64,000 bases of DNA from NCBI RefSeq assembly GCF_009914755.1, contig NC_060932.1. One strand, given 5' to 3'. The position numbers were made by a program, and so were the translations under genes. The notes under the pieces are model-generated. The model searched no databases and was not told the DNA's origin. It saw nothing but the letters and a program-made list of their open reading frames with translations. This DNA is from the human T2T-CHM13v2.0 reference genome, Homo sapiens. Positions 42,946 to 57,616 of this stretch are shown here, one piece after another; position 1 is the stretch's first letter, and every line of letters begins with the position of its first letter.

Positions 42946-45770
42946 CGGAAAAATTGGAGTAAGGACAGAGCTGCCAGCCAGCCCACGGTTCTCTCCTTGC
43001 CCTCCTCCCCTGTGAGACCCCTCCCCCCACCACCCTAGAGGACCACCGGTCACTTGCGCGGCCACCCGGTGTGGCTGCTTCTCTGTCACCCCGTCAGCCT
43101 CCTTGCAGGTGACCTTGCCTTTGATTTTCCGGTGAAGCCTCCTTTTCTCTAGTATCAGATGAGTACTCCTGTCTCCTCCTGTGCATGGCGAATCCTGGCC
43201 CACTGTGATCTTGACATCACCCCATCTATTAACAGCCTGGGCTTTCTCAGATCCTCCCTCTCTGCCCCACTCGTTCCTTCCCTTCAGCCCCTAAAGAAGC
43301 TCATCCTCCACCCTAAAAACACTCTGCTTTCGGCCTTTCCCTCAAGCTACTTGCTAGCTCATCTCCCTTATTTTGTTAAAAGCAAAGGCCCTGGACATGA
43401 CCCGGCCACAGACTGCTGAGGCTGAATTTCTAGCTCTGCTCTTGAACAGCTGCATAATCCTGGACAGGCCTCTTCAGCTTCCTATGCCTCAGTTTCCTCA
43501 GATGTAAAAAGAGGATGTGAACAATGGCTCCTGCCTCATAGGTTTACTATGAGGAGTCAATTAGCACAAATAAACACAAACACACACGTGCATTGTGTGT
43601 ACACATGTGCATGCGATTGCTAGAATCATCTTTTGAGAGAATTAAAAGACATAAAATACCAAAAAACCATAAACACTCATATTTCCACTATTCATAATTA
43701 ATAAATGTTAATATTTTACCATATTTACTTATATATAAAGTTAGATGTATACATTTTTCATTTGGAGACTGAAGGAAGGAAGGAAGGGAAGGAGGGAAGA
43801 AATAAGAAAAAAGAAAAGAAAAGGAAAGGAAAGGAAAGAAAAGAAAAGAAAATCACAGCTTGTATCCATCAGGATTCTTGGTTGCAAGCAATAAAAACCT
43901 ACCAATTACTTTAAGTGGAGAATGGTTTTATTGAGGAACAACGGGTGGTTCACAGAAGCACCTAGAAACCTGGAGGGGCTGCTTGGAGAGCAGGGAGAAG
44001 AGGGAAGCCTCTGCCCCGCGGCCAGCATGGTGGGTCCTGCTGCTACAGAGCTGCATGTGAACCTGGCACCGTCATGGGTGCCGCTGTCACCGCTGTCCCT
44101 GGAAGCAGCCATCCCTGCTGCTGCCACCGCTGCCACAGTTAATTCTCCTCCAGCCCTGCTCCTTTGTGTCACTAGCTCTGCATACAAAGGTCGAAACAGA
44201 TGCATCTGATTAAAGCATGTGCTCCCAAACCAGATGCCAGGAAGGCCAAGGAAGCAGGAATCTGGGGTTTTGAGCTTCTATGTGGAAGGTGGGCTCTGCC
44301 CACTTCAAGAGGGGGGACATTCCTGAAATATTTGAAAGTTGTTTCAATGCTGGAAAGCACCCCCCTCCCCGCCACACGAAATCTAGCTCTTTGGCTCCTA
44401 ACATCAGTGCACACTCGACTTTCCATCATCACACTTTGAAAAAAAATGTTTACATCTAATTGTCCTAAAATTTTCACCCAGAATTTGTTTTAATCAGGTT
44501 TGGTAAGACATGCAGACACAGAAGTGACTGTCATAAAGGAAGGAGTTTATACTCACAGATCCCTAGAAACAGGAGGGGTGGCACATTCCCGCAGGGCCAC
44601 ACAGAGCAGCACCAGGGAGTGTCAGGAGGTGGAGGGCACAATGTGGGAAGCCTGGCCCCGAGCCTTTATGAGGTTTCCCCGGGAAAACCAGGGCAGTGCA
44701 AGGAAGCAGCTTGCGATGAGATAGTTGGAATAATCTTGGTGGGCTCTGAGCTATAGGGATGGTCTCTAATTGCCCAGTACCTAGCTCTGAGGTGATTTGT
44801 GGCAGGAGGAATACTGGCTCGGTGTGTGAGAGTTAGACAAATGGTGCTGTTGGGGATACTGAGTCAAGATTAGGCAGAGGGCTTGTACTATAACTGTAGT
44901 GCACCTGCAAAAGCTGATTGCAGGGGAGATGTAACAAAGTTGGCTGTTAGTTTGGCCGTGCATATAGTGGATGCCAAACATACAAATGTAGAATCTAGCA
45001 GAATGCAACCATTCCTCACACAAGCAAAAAGCCTCCCCCTAACCCCACCCTAACTCCACAGGGATAGAACCCCAAGTCTCACCAGTGACCATCCAGCTCC
45101 AAGTCCAGCCTCCTGCTCTAATTCCTGACACATGTGCCACCTTGAAATTCTGTTTTCTATGGAATAAATCATAACGTTCACTCAAAATACACACATAGAA
45201 AGTAATGGGGTGGGCAGAATATGAAATAAATTAGCAAAGCCAGTAAGAAAATACAGACAGGTACAGTGCTCATTGTAGTAATAGATCATGAGGTTAGAGT
45301 GGGTATGTATTGGTTTCCTCTCCAGCCATTCTCCAGAATAAGCATCTACTGTATTCCACAAAAGCCAGATTGCTGCCTTCTCAAGCATATAAGGCATTCA
45401 CTACAATCAACTTGCCACCAAGTGAATAATTTGAACCTCTGGGCTCTGCCAGCACATCCAGAGACCAGGGTTTGCCACTACTGCTGGGAAGATGAGCATT
45501 CGGGCCACATTGGGAACAGCTTCTGTAATCGGAATCACTTAAGTTTACAATGAACCACTGACATTCTATGAGACCCATCTACCTTAGGTAGCATTTGGAG
45601 ATCATCAAAATTACCACTTCTGCATCCTTACAGCCTTTGCTGGTGGCCCTAATCCTTGGGATTCCTCTGGAGACATTGTATTAATTGCATTTATGGTTTT
45701 GTTAGGTAGGGGGCACTACACAGCTTCCTCTTGCTTCCTCCTTCAGCAGACAGATGATGGACATGTGCCA

Positions 45771-46150
45771 TTGATAGGTTTGGATTTGTGTTGCCACCTA
45801 AATCGCGTGTTAAATTGTAATCCCCAATGTTGGAGGTGGGGTGTGGTGGAAGGTGACTGGATCGTAAGGGTGGATTTCTCCCTTGCTCTTCTCATGATAG
45901 TGAGTGAGTTCTCACAGGATCTGGTGTTTAAGAGAGTGTAGAATCTCCCCCTTCTCTCTTCTTCCTTCTGTTGTAGCAATGTGAAGACGTGCCTGCTTCC
46001 CCTTTGCTTTCTGCCATAACCGTAAGTTTCCTGAGGCCTCCCCAGCCATGCTTCCTGTACAGCCTGCAAACCGTGAGCCAATTAAGACTCTTTTCTTTAT
46101 AAATTACCCAGTCTCAGGTATTTACAGCAATGTGAGGATGGACTAATACA
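45771..46150 (+). mobile_element. MSTA-like MaLR LTR
   Basis: tgataggtttggatttgtgt...aaattacccagtctcaggtat...gactaataca. Confidence 0.8.
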
Positions 46151-46786
46151 GCCATGCACTGAGAAGTTTCCCTAACTCTAACCTTCGGACTGAAGGTTCA
46201 AACCACTTCCTGCACTTTCCTGTAATTGAGATGATGGTTCTTCCTCACCAATGCACCTCTCAAGGTCTTGGAAAAAGAGGTCTCTGATGAGTCCTTCCAC
46301 ATCAGGAGGAAGGCGAGCAGGTCATATATTAAGAAATCCATTCCAATATTCCTGTTCCTCCAAGTCTTCCATTACATTGAACTAATTTCTGGTATCTCAT
46401 CTTCACTTTGCATGGACTACCAGTTGAGCAAACTGTGAGTACTTTCTCCAGCTGTTCGACTTTGTAGACTAAACCCAAATCTTTAGAAAGCACACCCCTG
46501 TCAGCCAAACTCCACTTCAACTTTCTGTCCTTGGTCTAGGACCTCAAGAGTCTATTCCTGTGTATATTCACCAGATTGTGACCACAAACAAGCAGAATCT
46601 TGCAGACTTGGGGTGTGTTTTACGTTTCTTCTCAGGTTTTCCCATGCCCCACCTGCCAGGACATGTAGGGATCTGACTCTAGTTGAAGTCTAGAGGCAGG
46701 GAGGGGGTGGATCATGAAGAAAACTGGTTTACCTGGGGTGTGTGGTGTATCCTTCAGGCAAGGATGTGACAGGATTTTCAGCTTAG

Positions 46787-47184
<398 letters not shown>

Positions 47185-48609
47185 CCCCAATTCTTGAAGT
47201 CTCATTTCTTCCAGTCAGTGCTATGAACTAAGTGATGCAATAATTGGGCACATCACAGGATTGAAATTTGAGCTTGAATTTTAGCCACCTGGGAAGTTAT
47301 GAACTAGTTGCCTCACCTCTGAATGCACTTTCAATATATCTCTTTAAGCGTTTCTCCTTCAAAGTGTGCACGATGTTATGCTTTCTCAGTAGAGAACAAT
47401 GTAGAGACATTGCAGGAGGATGAGAAGGGGGGTCATTGCCATTTCTGACACAGGTGGGGCAGTGGGGCATTGCAGCCTCCCCATGGCTGTCACCTTTCTG
47501 AGGCCCTCTTGACATGGAAACAAGAGACCCACGTGATCTGCCTGCAATTGACTGTAGCCAGAGGCCACGCGTGGGGAAGACTACAAAAGAACTCATTTAG
47601 GAAAAAGAGACTGGCCAAGATCACCAACAGGGTGATTGTAGATAAGAAGAGGAAGAGGTCCAAGGACCAACTTTTTATTTAGAGATTAGGACAATGATGA
47701 GCCTGCAAAGGAAATCAGGCAGGAGCAGCCTGGGGGAGAGGATGAAAGCCAAGCGAGAAAGGATCTCAGAAGCCAGGAAAGATGGCCTGCTAAGGAAGAG
47801 AGAGGAGCAGCTGGGCCAAAGGCTGCTGATAGGTCAGGTGCCACGAGGACTTCCATTGACCTTTGGATTTAGCCATGTAGAGGTTTTTTTGGGATGTCGG
47901 CAAGATGACTTTCAGCAAGGTATAAAGACAAAAGCATGATTTCAATGAGTTCAGGGGAGAATGGGCCAAGAAGGCTTAGTGATAAAAAGTAGGAACAATT
48001 CTCTCACAGACTTTCTCTTTAAAAGAGAGAAATACGATGGTAACTGGAGGGAAATGTGGGCTAAATATGTCATTTTTGTTGGTATGAGAATGAGATGATC
48101 CCATAGAGGAGTTAACCAACAATGTGGGAGATGTGGCATTGTTCTCTTGCCTACAGGCGCACCGAATCTAATGCCTCAGTAGAAAGTTGGCCTCAGCTAA
48201 GAATGGTGGGGCCTGGACATCGTGGCAGCAGAGAATCTGCTTAGGTGCAGGTAGGGGGGTTGACAGGGGGCTGGGATCCAGTGGAAGTTTTCTGTTTGTC
48301 CCAGTTTTCTCAAAGAAATAGGAAGAAAAGGTATTGGCTGAGAGTAAGGATAGGGGAGAGAGTATTGGAGATGCAAGCAGAGAAGGGAGCTTACATAGTC
48401 TTCTAGGAGATTAGGAGAGAAAACGGATTAGAGAAGAACAGTAGAATTAGTGGGTCTTCAGGGACAATTCAGGAGCTGTGATGAGGACCAAGAAGGACAG
48501 CTGCCTGTCCTTGCCCAGCAGCACAGGCAAGGAGGGGAGAGAACACTGAGCATTTGCAAAGACTGCAGTGGGGGCCAGGCGTGCGGTGGGGGCCAGGCGT
48601 GCGGTGGGG

Positions 48610-49538
48610 GCAGGCATGGTGGTTCACACCTGTCATCCCAACACTTTAGGAAGCCGAGGCAGGAGCTTGAAGCCAGGAGTTTGAGACCAGCCTGAGCAAC
48701 ACAGCAAGACCCCATCTCTACAAAAAATTTAAAAATTAGCCAAGCACAATGGCATATGCTTGTAGTCTGAGCTATTCAGGAGGCTAAGGTGGGAGGATCG
48801 CTTAAGTTCAGGAGTTCGAGGTTACAGTGATGTAGGATTTTTCTTCTCAATCACTTTGCAAGCTGAGGACTTCTGGCCAGCAACACCCCACCCAGGCCCT
48901 GCTTGGCTAAGCTGGTGTGCCCCAGCTTGCCTGCGTTATAGCTTGTACCCATGTTTGGTGGTTCCCAAGCTCTTGTACTGCACCCAGAAAGAATGAAGAT
49001 ATGCTGGACATGGAAGGGTGAGCAGGGTGGAGAAGACTCTTATTGAGCGACGAAACAGCTTTCAGCAGAGAGGGGACACGGGGGTGGTCCCCCTACCCAA
49101 AGGTGGGAAAGTCCCTCATGTGGCTGGGTCCGGGCCTTTTATGGACTCAGGATGGGGAGTGCATGCTGATTGGTTTGTGAGTATGCAAAAAAGGTTAAAG
49201 TGAAGACACCACTCAAAGGCGGGCATGACAATGCAGAAAACAAATTAGGAAAGGTTAGGTATATGTCAAATAGGTGCAGGGTGGGAACAATCTGAGGAAA
49301 GTGTGCCAAACAGGAAGACGAATTCTCCATCCGATCTGGGGATTTAACTTGTAGTTTGGTGTTCAGGCTTTAAACTGTCTTCGGCTTGGAGGTGGGGCTT
49401 CACCAGGGACCTGCCCCTATTTGCCCAGGCATTTGGCTGCCTCCTGCTGCTCTCAATAGTGAGCTAGGATCATGCCAGTGCACTCCAGCCTGGGCAACAG
49501 AGTGAGACCCCATCTCAAAAAAAAAGAAAAAAAAGAAA
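48610..49538 (+). mobile_element. AluJ split by a solo LTR
   Basis: Alu stops at gttacag (48827) and resumes at tgagctaggatcatgcc (49460). Confidence 0.85.
48828..49455 (-). mobile_element. ERV1-class solo LTR (LTR27/MER52 group)
   Basis: TG...CA termini; - strand starts tgagagcagcaggaggcagccaaatgcc; 4-bp TSD ACAG/ATAG with one mismatch. Confidence 0.75.
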
Positions 49539-50658
49539 GCAGTTTCCTCAGGGGAGAGCCAGGTTTCGGGTACAGCAGGAGGGGAAGAGAATGGAAAAGA
49601 GGTTGAGGAAATGGTGAATTATGCTGATAATAAAACCAAGTTCCAGAAAGTTCCAGATGGCACAGTAGAAGGGTTTTTGGAGTTGGTGAAGAGTGAGAAG
49701 TGCCTACTCTGGCTGACTTAAGCACAGAATTTGAGGGCAGGATATCAGTGAGGGCCCTTGGGAGCTTGGAGAACTAAGCCTGGAAAACAAGAGCAAGGTC
49801 ATTGCCAAACTCATAGCACAGAACTGGACTTGTGAAGACACCACTGCTGCAGTTGGGCGCTGAGGGCCTCGGGGCCTGCACCGTCCCTGCCAGCCAGGGA
49901 CCCTGGCCGCTGCTGCTGCTGCCCTTGAAACTGCCGACCGACACCCTTCTCCTCTGGCCTGTTTCCTTCACCTGCTCCCACTGTAAGGGCTGGGTTGGTG
50001 CACCTGAGTTGCTGAATGGAGCTCACAGGCCTTCACTCTCACTTCCAGGCAGGCTGGGGAGTGGGCACAGGGCATTTCCAAATTCTGCAGTCAATGCGGT
50101 TCTTCCTTCTATCAACATTCATAAGGCCGGTATGCGTTATAGGGTTTTTATTACAAACTACAGAGCTTCCTCTCGGTCATATAAGCAGAAAGGTTCTTAT
50201 TATAGGACATTAACACACAGAATCTCAGGGAGGACAAGAGATGCAGCTTTGGAAACTATATAGCCAAGAACAGCACAGTGACCGCAGGCCACCCCTTGGT
50301 GCAATTTTAACAAAGCCACCACTCTGCCCCAGCGTGGGCACCAAGTACACTCAGGACCAGACCAGAGAAGCTCCATCACAGCCTCCCCAGAAAAACTAGA
50401 TGCTGCTGCTTCTGCCTTCGCTGAAAGAAAGTTCCCGCTCACACAGCTGTGGCTTTGGGCTGCCCATCCCCATTCCCAAATCCCTGGCGAGTATGCCCAA
50501 TTGGCAGAGCCCGTGCACCTGGCCAGCATTAAGGAAGCCTGGGCAACATGTTGTTTGTGGATTCTACTGTGAGAAGGTAGAACTCAAAACAGTAGTAGTT
50601 CTCAAACAGTGAGAACTATCAAAATAGAAGATGTTGAAAGGATGTTGTGTATCTCTGA

Positions 50659-51090
<432 letters not shown>

Positions 51091-52687
51091 TAGATGTTAG
51101 GAAGCTGGAAAATGACAAATAAGAAAAACGGCAAGTAGCCACCACCACTATTCCCAATCTCATTCTTCTCACTGCTCCAGAAGCCACCAGCCACTACCAT
51201 TTGAATTCATTATTCCACTAAAATGGAAGATCCTTGACGGCCCCTATATTTGTCTGATTTATTTAACAATTGATCCCAAGTGCCTAGAACAGTGCCTGGC
51301 ACATAGAAGATGCTTGATACATATTTGCTGATGGAATGAAAGACGCTCGTTCATTTGCCGCATTGAAAAAAAGACAAAACTTCAAGTGGTTTGTAGGTTT
51401 AGAAAACTGCCAGAGGTAGCTTTACTTTGAACTCCATGAGTATCTACAGTAGAGAGAAGCAGCAGTGTAAAGTCCTCCCTCCCAACCCCTAGTGGTTAAA
51501 CAGATTTTATAAAATAGGGTTTGACAATCAAGGACTAGCAGGAAGTTGCAGAAGGCACAGGAATGGCAGAAAACCCAAAATAAACCTTAATGAGGTCAGT
51601 GTACATTCATTATGAATTTAGTGATTGAAATCAGGTGTAATTTATAAATTTTCACTACTACATTAGCCATCTTTTATGATTCATGCTATCACCTAAAACA
51701 TATTTCATAAATATTAAAATTAGAAGACATAGGGGTTAGGATTTACATTTCAAAAAGCCACCCAGTTCCCATAGCCCTGCTGGGTAAGCCCTTATCTCTC
51801 TGTACCTTAGTAGCAGAAAACACAGGAGAAGCACGACCATGAAAAAGGGCAAAGTGCAGTGAAATGCAATTGAGACCTTTAATCTTTGCCTAAGCAATTC
51901 AGCCAGAAAGCTCTGTAACTCACAAGGCATTATAAAAATATTCCACACCAGAGCTATTTACAAGTTAACTGCTCCTGAATAAATAAAAGTCCATGTGATA
52001 GCTTCATGGCTTTCTCTTAACCAAAGAGGAAAGTAAAACTCATATTTCTATGTTTTTAAATTTTTCTTCTCAAAAGGGGGCTTTATGAAATCTAGTTCTG
52101 TAGGTATGTCGTTCCTCTACACTTTACTGCTTGTATAAATATACTTACGTATTCATAAGCAATACTGTGCTAGATGCAGAATTCAGATGCAGGCAACAGA
52201 AATCACTGTAGTTATTTTAAATAGAAACAGAAGAAAGGGATTTAAGATGAGAGACTGCAAGCCTACACAATCTTTGAACGGAATGGAGGAGTGAGCTCCA
52301 GACTGAGCCTTTAGGAAGGACTCCCAGAAAACACCACCATAGAACTAGAAGCTGCTATCTCTGCCTCAATCAGCAGGCCACCGCTAGAAACACGAACATA
52401 TGGTTTGGCTGGGAGCCAAGGATCTGGAAGCAACTCCGTGGTCTCGGGACTGAGCCACTGAGTCAATGGGGATGCCAGTTTGTAAGATAGGGAACACACT
52501 AGGAGGAACAGGCGTGGGAAGTAGAAATGCAGAGAGAGTTCTGTTTTAGCCATGATAAATTTGAGATGCCTGTTAGACACTCAAGAGAAGATGTTCAGTA
52601 AGAAGTTGGATATTGACGTTGAGTAAGATGTTGAGTAAGAAGTTGGCAAGTCTGGAGCCCAAAGGAAACTCTAAGTTGGAGATTTAA

Positions 52688-52997
52688 TTTCTTTCTTTTT
52701 TTTTTTTGGAGGTAGAGTCTTGCTGTGTCACCCAGGCTGGATGGAGTGCAGTGGCACAATCATGGCTCACTGCAGCCTCCACTTCCTGGGCTAAAGTGAT
52801 CGTCCCACCTCAGCCTCCTGAATAGCAGAGACTACTGGCATGCACCACCATGCCTAGCTAATATTTTATTTTTATTTTTTATAGAGAGAATGTCTTGCTT
52901 TGTTGCCCAGGCTTGTCTCAAACTCCTGGCCTCAAGCAATTCTCCCACCTCAGCCCCAAAGTGCTGGGATTACAGGTGTGTGCCACCATGCCCAATC
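52688..52997 (-). mobile_element. AluJ-like element
   Basis: Reverse Alu; TSD TGGAGATTTAA. Confidence 0.88.
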
Positions 52998-54045
52998 TGG
53001 AGATTTAACAGGTTTCATACTATATAGGTCAGGCTGCAATTTTCTTTCTATTTTTTAAAATTCAATTATACCTTTGAGATCAACTAACTTCATGAGAAAC
53101 TAGCTTGCTGTACTCCCTTCTCTGCCTATCTTTCAGTCTTCAAATCCAGAGTAATCCAGTTTCTACCATAAAGGGCCCACAAAAAGTGTTCTGAAACATC
53201 CGGTGTCATCCAAGTCCAAAATTGGACAGCTTTTTTTTCAGTTCTTCCTGTAACATTTGGCAGTGTTGGCCACTCTCTGCTTCTTTGGCAAGAATCTCAG
53301 AAAACACTAATAACTGCTCCAGGCAGGAGCCTGGAAGAGGTTACCAAGCTAGAGAAGGAAGCAACAGCATAGCTTGCTAAGGGCAAACAGCCCAGAGGAA
53401 ACCCACGGCTCTGGTCAATCCTGTTGTTGATTGCTAGATCCAGAGACTGTTGTAGACCTCCCAGTTACAGTGAGGTATCTGACAACCCCTCACAAGGTTC
53501 TTGAAGCTCCGTGGTGGAGGGTATCTTGGATAAATCCACAGAGACACATTCAAGAGTAAATTCTCCACTGTTGGAGACCTCACTCACTCTGTTTGGTCTC
53601 CACCAAAGACACGGTTTTTAATTCATGGAGCTGCACTACAACAGCTCAAGAACTCCCAGCCAAAGTTTTAGTTTTTCTAGGAACATAAACGAGCCAATAG
53701 TGTGGAAATCGGTGATTAAAAACAAACCTCGCACATTTTAAGACAGAATTATTACAAGTAGCATGTACAAAAGGAAAATAATAGCCTACATTTAGTTCTT
53801 CTAAGCTTCATTCCACAAGAGATTGAAATCGAAGTATTCTGGGCTGGCACACGATAGCTGGAACATCATATTTTATTCTAGAAACACATTTGCCTTGGCA
53901 AAGAAGAGCGTGCCTAGAGGAGTGGTCAGGATAGTGAGGGATCTGTGATCCTTCGTTCTGAATCTAGAAAAGTCACTGGATATGCCCCCTCCCCCGCCCC
54001 CCAACACGGTCTTATGTTCTGAATGTAGAAGTCACTGGATGTGCT

Positions 54046-54046
<1 letters not shown>

Positions 54047-54100
<54 letters not shown>
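54047..54100. repeat. (AC)27 microsatellite upstream of the EPHX2 promoter
   Basis: Read directly from the sequence. Confidence 0.97.
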
Positions 54101-54105
<5 letters not shown>

Positions 54106-54399
54106 CTGTGGCCTCTTTCCCAGGCATTCCAAGTCCAGCAAGTTCGCAGGGAGCTGTCAGTCCGTCCAGGAAGGCCCGGGCCTGGGTTTGCCTCTTCAAG
54201 CAGCTACTGCAGGGGCGTGGGGAGGGGGCATAAGAGACTTTGGACTTTCCTTTGAGACAGTAGAAAGCGTTACATCCAGAGGCGAGATTCTAGCCTGGGG
54301 TCCCCGCCTTCCCGGCCTCCTCTTCCTCTCCCTCTGACTCCCTTTCCTGTGCCCCTCCCCCTGCCTCTTTCCCGGCCAGAGTCCAGCCTTAACCCGGGC

Positions 54400-54555
54400 A
54401 GAGGGCGGAGTCCCGTTAAGGGGGTGTGGGGAGGAGGCGGGGCCAGGGCAGGGGCGGGGCAGAGCCGGGCCAAGCTGGGCGGGTCATGCGCCCTGGCCTT
54501 CGCGCATCTCCCAGGTTAGCTGCGTGTCCGGGTGCTAGGCTGCAGACCCGCCGCC
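54400..54555 (+). promoter_or_regulatory. EPHX2: EPHX2 TATA-less GC-box promoter / CpG-rich 5' region
   Basis: Several Sp1-type boxes (GAGGGCGGAG, GAGGCGGGG, GGGGCGGGGC, TGGGCGGG) directly upstream of exon 1. Confidence 0.85.
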
Positions 54556-54656
54556 ATGACGCTGCGCGCGGCCGTCTTCGACCTTGACGGGGTGCTGGCG
54601 CTGCCAGCGGTGTTCGGCGTCCTCGGCCGCACGGAGGAGGCCCTGGCGCTGCCCAG
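54556..54656 (+). CDS. EPHX2: EPHX2 first coding exon (soluble epoxide hydrolase, N-terminal HAD phosphatase domain)
   Basis: GCCGCCATG; MTLRAAVFDLDGVLALPAVFGVLGRTEEALALPR with HAD motif I DLDG; AG|gtaagg donor. Confidence 0.96.
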
Positions 54657-55594
54657 GTAAGGGGGCCCAGCGCCGCCGCCGCAGTGGGTCGGGGCCTCAG
54701 GAGGCAGACCGCGCTGGGCTTGCAGCCCAGCTTTCAGATTGCTCCTGTGCCGGAGCCCTGCGAATCATGCGAATCATGAAACTGAAGACCTGGCCCTGAA
54801 GTCCCAGTGCATATGAGGAGATCCGTTGTCTTTCTAAATGTTCATAATTAAACGTTGCCAAGGTCTCCAAAATTGCTTTCTGTGAACTTTTCCAAAAGGG
54901 AGAGGAGTTACTCATGGAGCTTTGTGCTTCTGCTGCCTCCTGTCTAATGGGGTGGCGCTTAAAGATGCGAGCCGAGATTCAGGAGAGAAGAAAGTTCTCT
55001 CCCCAGGTGTGGGTTGCATGCTTACTTGTGTAATAGCAAACTGCAGCAACCGCCCAAAGCCACATCACTGGGAAATGGTAGATGGGGTGTGCAGAGTGAG
55101 AGCTCAGGGACTTGGGAAAACACCTGTTCTACTACATGAAAAAACCACCCCACCAGAATCTGAAGCTATTTATACAATATGGTTTCAGCTATGGAAAAAA
55201 GGTACATGCAGAAAAGTGCCTGAAAGAAATAGGCCAAAGTACATCAAATGAGATTAGGAATAATGTAATGATTTTCTTTCTCTCTCTCTTTTTTTTGTGT
55301 TTTTTTTTTTTGTAGTTTCCAACTTCTAAATTTATAAACAATGTATTATTCCCACATTCAGAAAGGAGAGAAGTATACTTATTTATAAAGTGAAAAAGAA
55401 GGCCAGGCATGGAAGCCATTGTTCATATCCTCCTTTTACATATGAGGAAACTGAGGCACAGAAAGAAACCAGCTGTCCAAATCACATAGCTGTTAAAGAG
55501 CAGAGCCAGAAATCCAACCCCAGTAGTCCATGTCCGGAGCCTTTGCTTTTAATATAGTAAGGAAGATGAGATGGCAAGTAGCTTGAGGGAAAGG

Positions 55595-55799
55595 CATGTA
55601 ATCTCTGTGCTTTGGGAAGCTAAGGTGGGAGGATCACTTGAGGCTGAGAGTTCAAGACCAGCCTGGGTGAAAGAGCAAGACCCTGTCTCTCCAAAAATAA
55701 AAATAAAATTAGCTAGACATTAGTGCATGCATGTAGCCCCAGCTACTTGGGAGGCTAAGGCAGAAGGATTGCCTGAGCCCAGGAGTTGGAGGCTATAGT
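55595..55799 (+). mobile_element. AluJ truncated by the ERV9 insertion
   Basis: Alu ends abruptly at gaggctatagt, where the LTR begins. Confidence 0.82.
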
Positions 55800-56224
55800 T
55801 GTGTCCAGAGTTGGTTCCTGTCGGTGGGTTCGTGGTCTTGCTGACTTCAAGAATGGAGCTGTGGACCTTCGCAGTGAGTGTTACACTCGTAAAGATGGCG
55901 CAGACCCAAAGAGTGAGTGATAGCAAGGTTTATCGTGAACAGCGAAAGCACAAAGCTTCCACAGCATGGAAGGGGACCCCAGCAGGTTGCCGCTACTGGC
56001 TGGGGTGGCCAGCTTTTATTCCCTTATTGTCCTCTCCCATGTTCCATTTCTGTCCTATCAGAGTGCCCTTTTTTCAATCCTCCCCGTGATTGGCTACTTT
56101 TAGAATGCTGCTGATTGTGCGTTTTACAGAGCGCTGATTGGTGCATTTTACAATTCTCTTGTAAGACAGGAAAGTTCCCCAAGTCCCCACTCGACCTAGG
56201 AAGTCCAGCTGGCCTCACCTCTCA
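55800..56224 (-). mobile_element. LTR12-family (ERV9) 3' LTR, short type
   Basis: - strand TGAGAGGTGAGGCCAGCTGGACTTCC...AACTCTGGACACA; CCAAT boxes; preceded by the purine tract GAGGAAGGAT. Confidence 0.88.
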
Positions 56225-56376
56225 ATCCTTCCTCATAACAGGACACCCCACCTGCTACTGGGAACTGGGTGATGACCACTCTAGCTACTTCCTGCTGGAT
56301 AGGGGCAAAGAAGGGGCCCTGCCGTTGTAGTGTCCTCCAGAGGGGAACTCTCTAGGCCAGTCAAAGGGCCAGTGGG

Positions 56377-57600
56377 TCAGTCTAGCAGTCCTCGGTAGAA
56401 GTTGTGAGTTAAGCTCATTTGGGGTTCCATTTGTAAGACCATCTGTAGCTTGATGGCCTTGATCCTGGAGGAAACAAATTTGAGGAGGAGGTTAAAAATA
56501 CAGGGACTGAAGGTGAGTAATAGCAAGATGGCTGTCACGGGACCTAGAAAGGGGAGAAGCCAAGTCACCCAACTCCAGAGGTTGGTATAAGAATTTGAAA
56601 GGTGTTGTCTGGTTTCAGAAGCCTTTTCCTGTAAATGCCAGGCAGCATCCTGTACTATCCCTGACTGGTTAGTTTAAAAACAACACTCCTCCCCTAAGAA
56701 GGTGCAAAGTCCTCCTTTCTCAGCAGTGAGGAGGTCTAGACCTTAGCGGTTTTGGAGAGTCACTGTTGCCAAATAGTCTATTTGGGATTGTAGAGTAAGG
56801 ATAGATTTATTTATTGCAAACTGTCTGAGAAATCCTTTGAGAGTGTATGGTAGTAGGATAATGAAGTAGTTAAACTGGCTATTCTGGTTCCTGTAGCAGT
56901 GGGCATTCCTAGCCCTATAAGTAGGGGTATTAGTTGTATGGTCCTGGGCTGACAGACTTGAGCTTTGAGGGGCACTGATAGGGTCTGATTTCCTGTGGCA
57001 TTGTTAGTGTTGGGACTTAGGAGAAGGTGCAGGTGCCTGTCCAGCTGGTGGGAGGCAGATATAGGTTGAAGTTCCACATAAGAAGAATATGCCTTGGCTG
57101 GGTAGAATAAACTGGTTGTGTATGTTAAAAAGGTGTGTGAGTTTGTTTTCATTTTCCCACACTCCTAGAGTACTTGCCAAGGTAGCTCTGGTGAGCAGCT
57201 GGAAAGGGTGTTGGGAGCAGACTGAGTGGCTCCCTGTGCTCTATTTTCCCATTGGAGAAAAAACCGTTTTGTATCTACTAGGAACCATCCAAGAGAGTAA
57301 TTGAAAGAGGGGATAAGAAGACATACACTAGTGGTGGGGGCGCTGCTGCAGGGGGTCCAGGGGTGAATGGTCATGCAGGGAGTATGTTTGCCATTACAAA
57401 ACCCAGACTGTTTGTTAAACAGGGAGGAGGTGATGATTTTGGGGGGCCCTGAGAAGCAGACAAGCCATCTGAATGGAGGTGTTTGGGTGACTCAGGAGTT
57501 ACTATGATCAGTTGGGGCTTGAAGTTATAGGGTGTAATTACACTGATGGGATAGTAGGTGCCCCAGGGGCAGGCCTGATAACAGGTTGTGTTGGATGCAT
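56377..57600 (-). pseudogene. ERV9 env remnant
   Basis: Fusion peptide IQLIPLLIGLG, ISD with in-frame stop, CX6CC, TM WLLPFLGP. Confidence 0.85.
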
Positions 57601-57616
57601 AAAAGGGCTTGGAAAG

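Noticed and set aside
56377-57600. Possible domesticated syncytin-like env
   Set aside because: In-frame stop within the ISD (LQNR*GL), a further stop after CX6CC, frameshifts and a missing SU 5' part.
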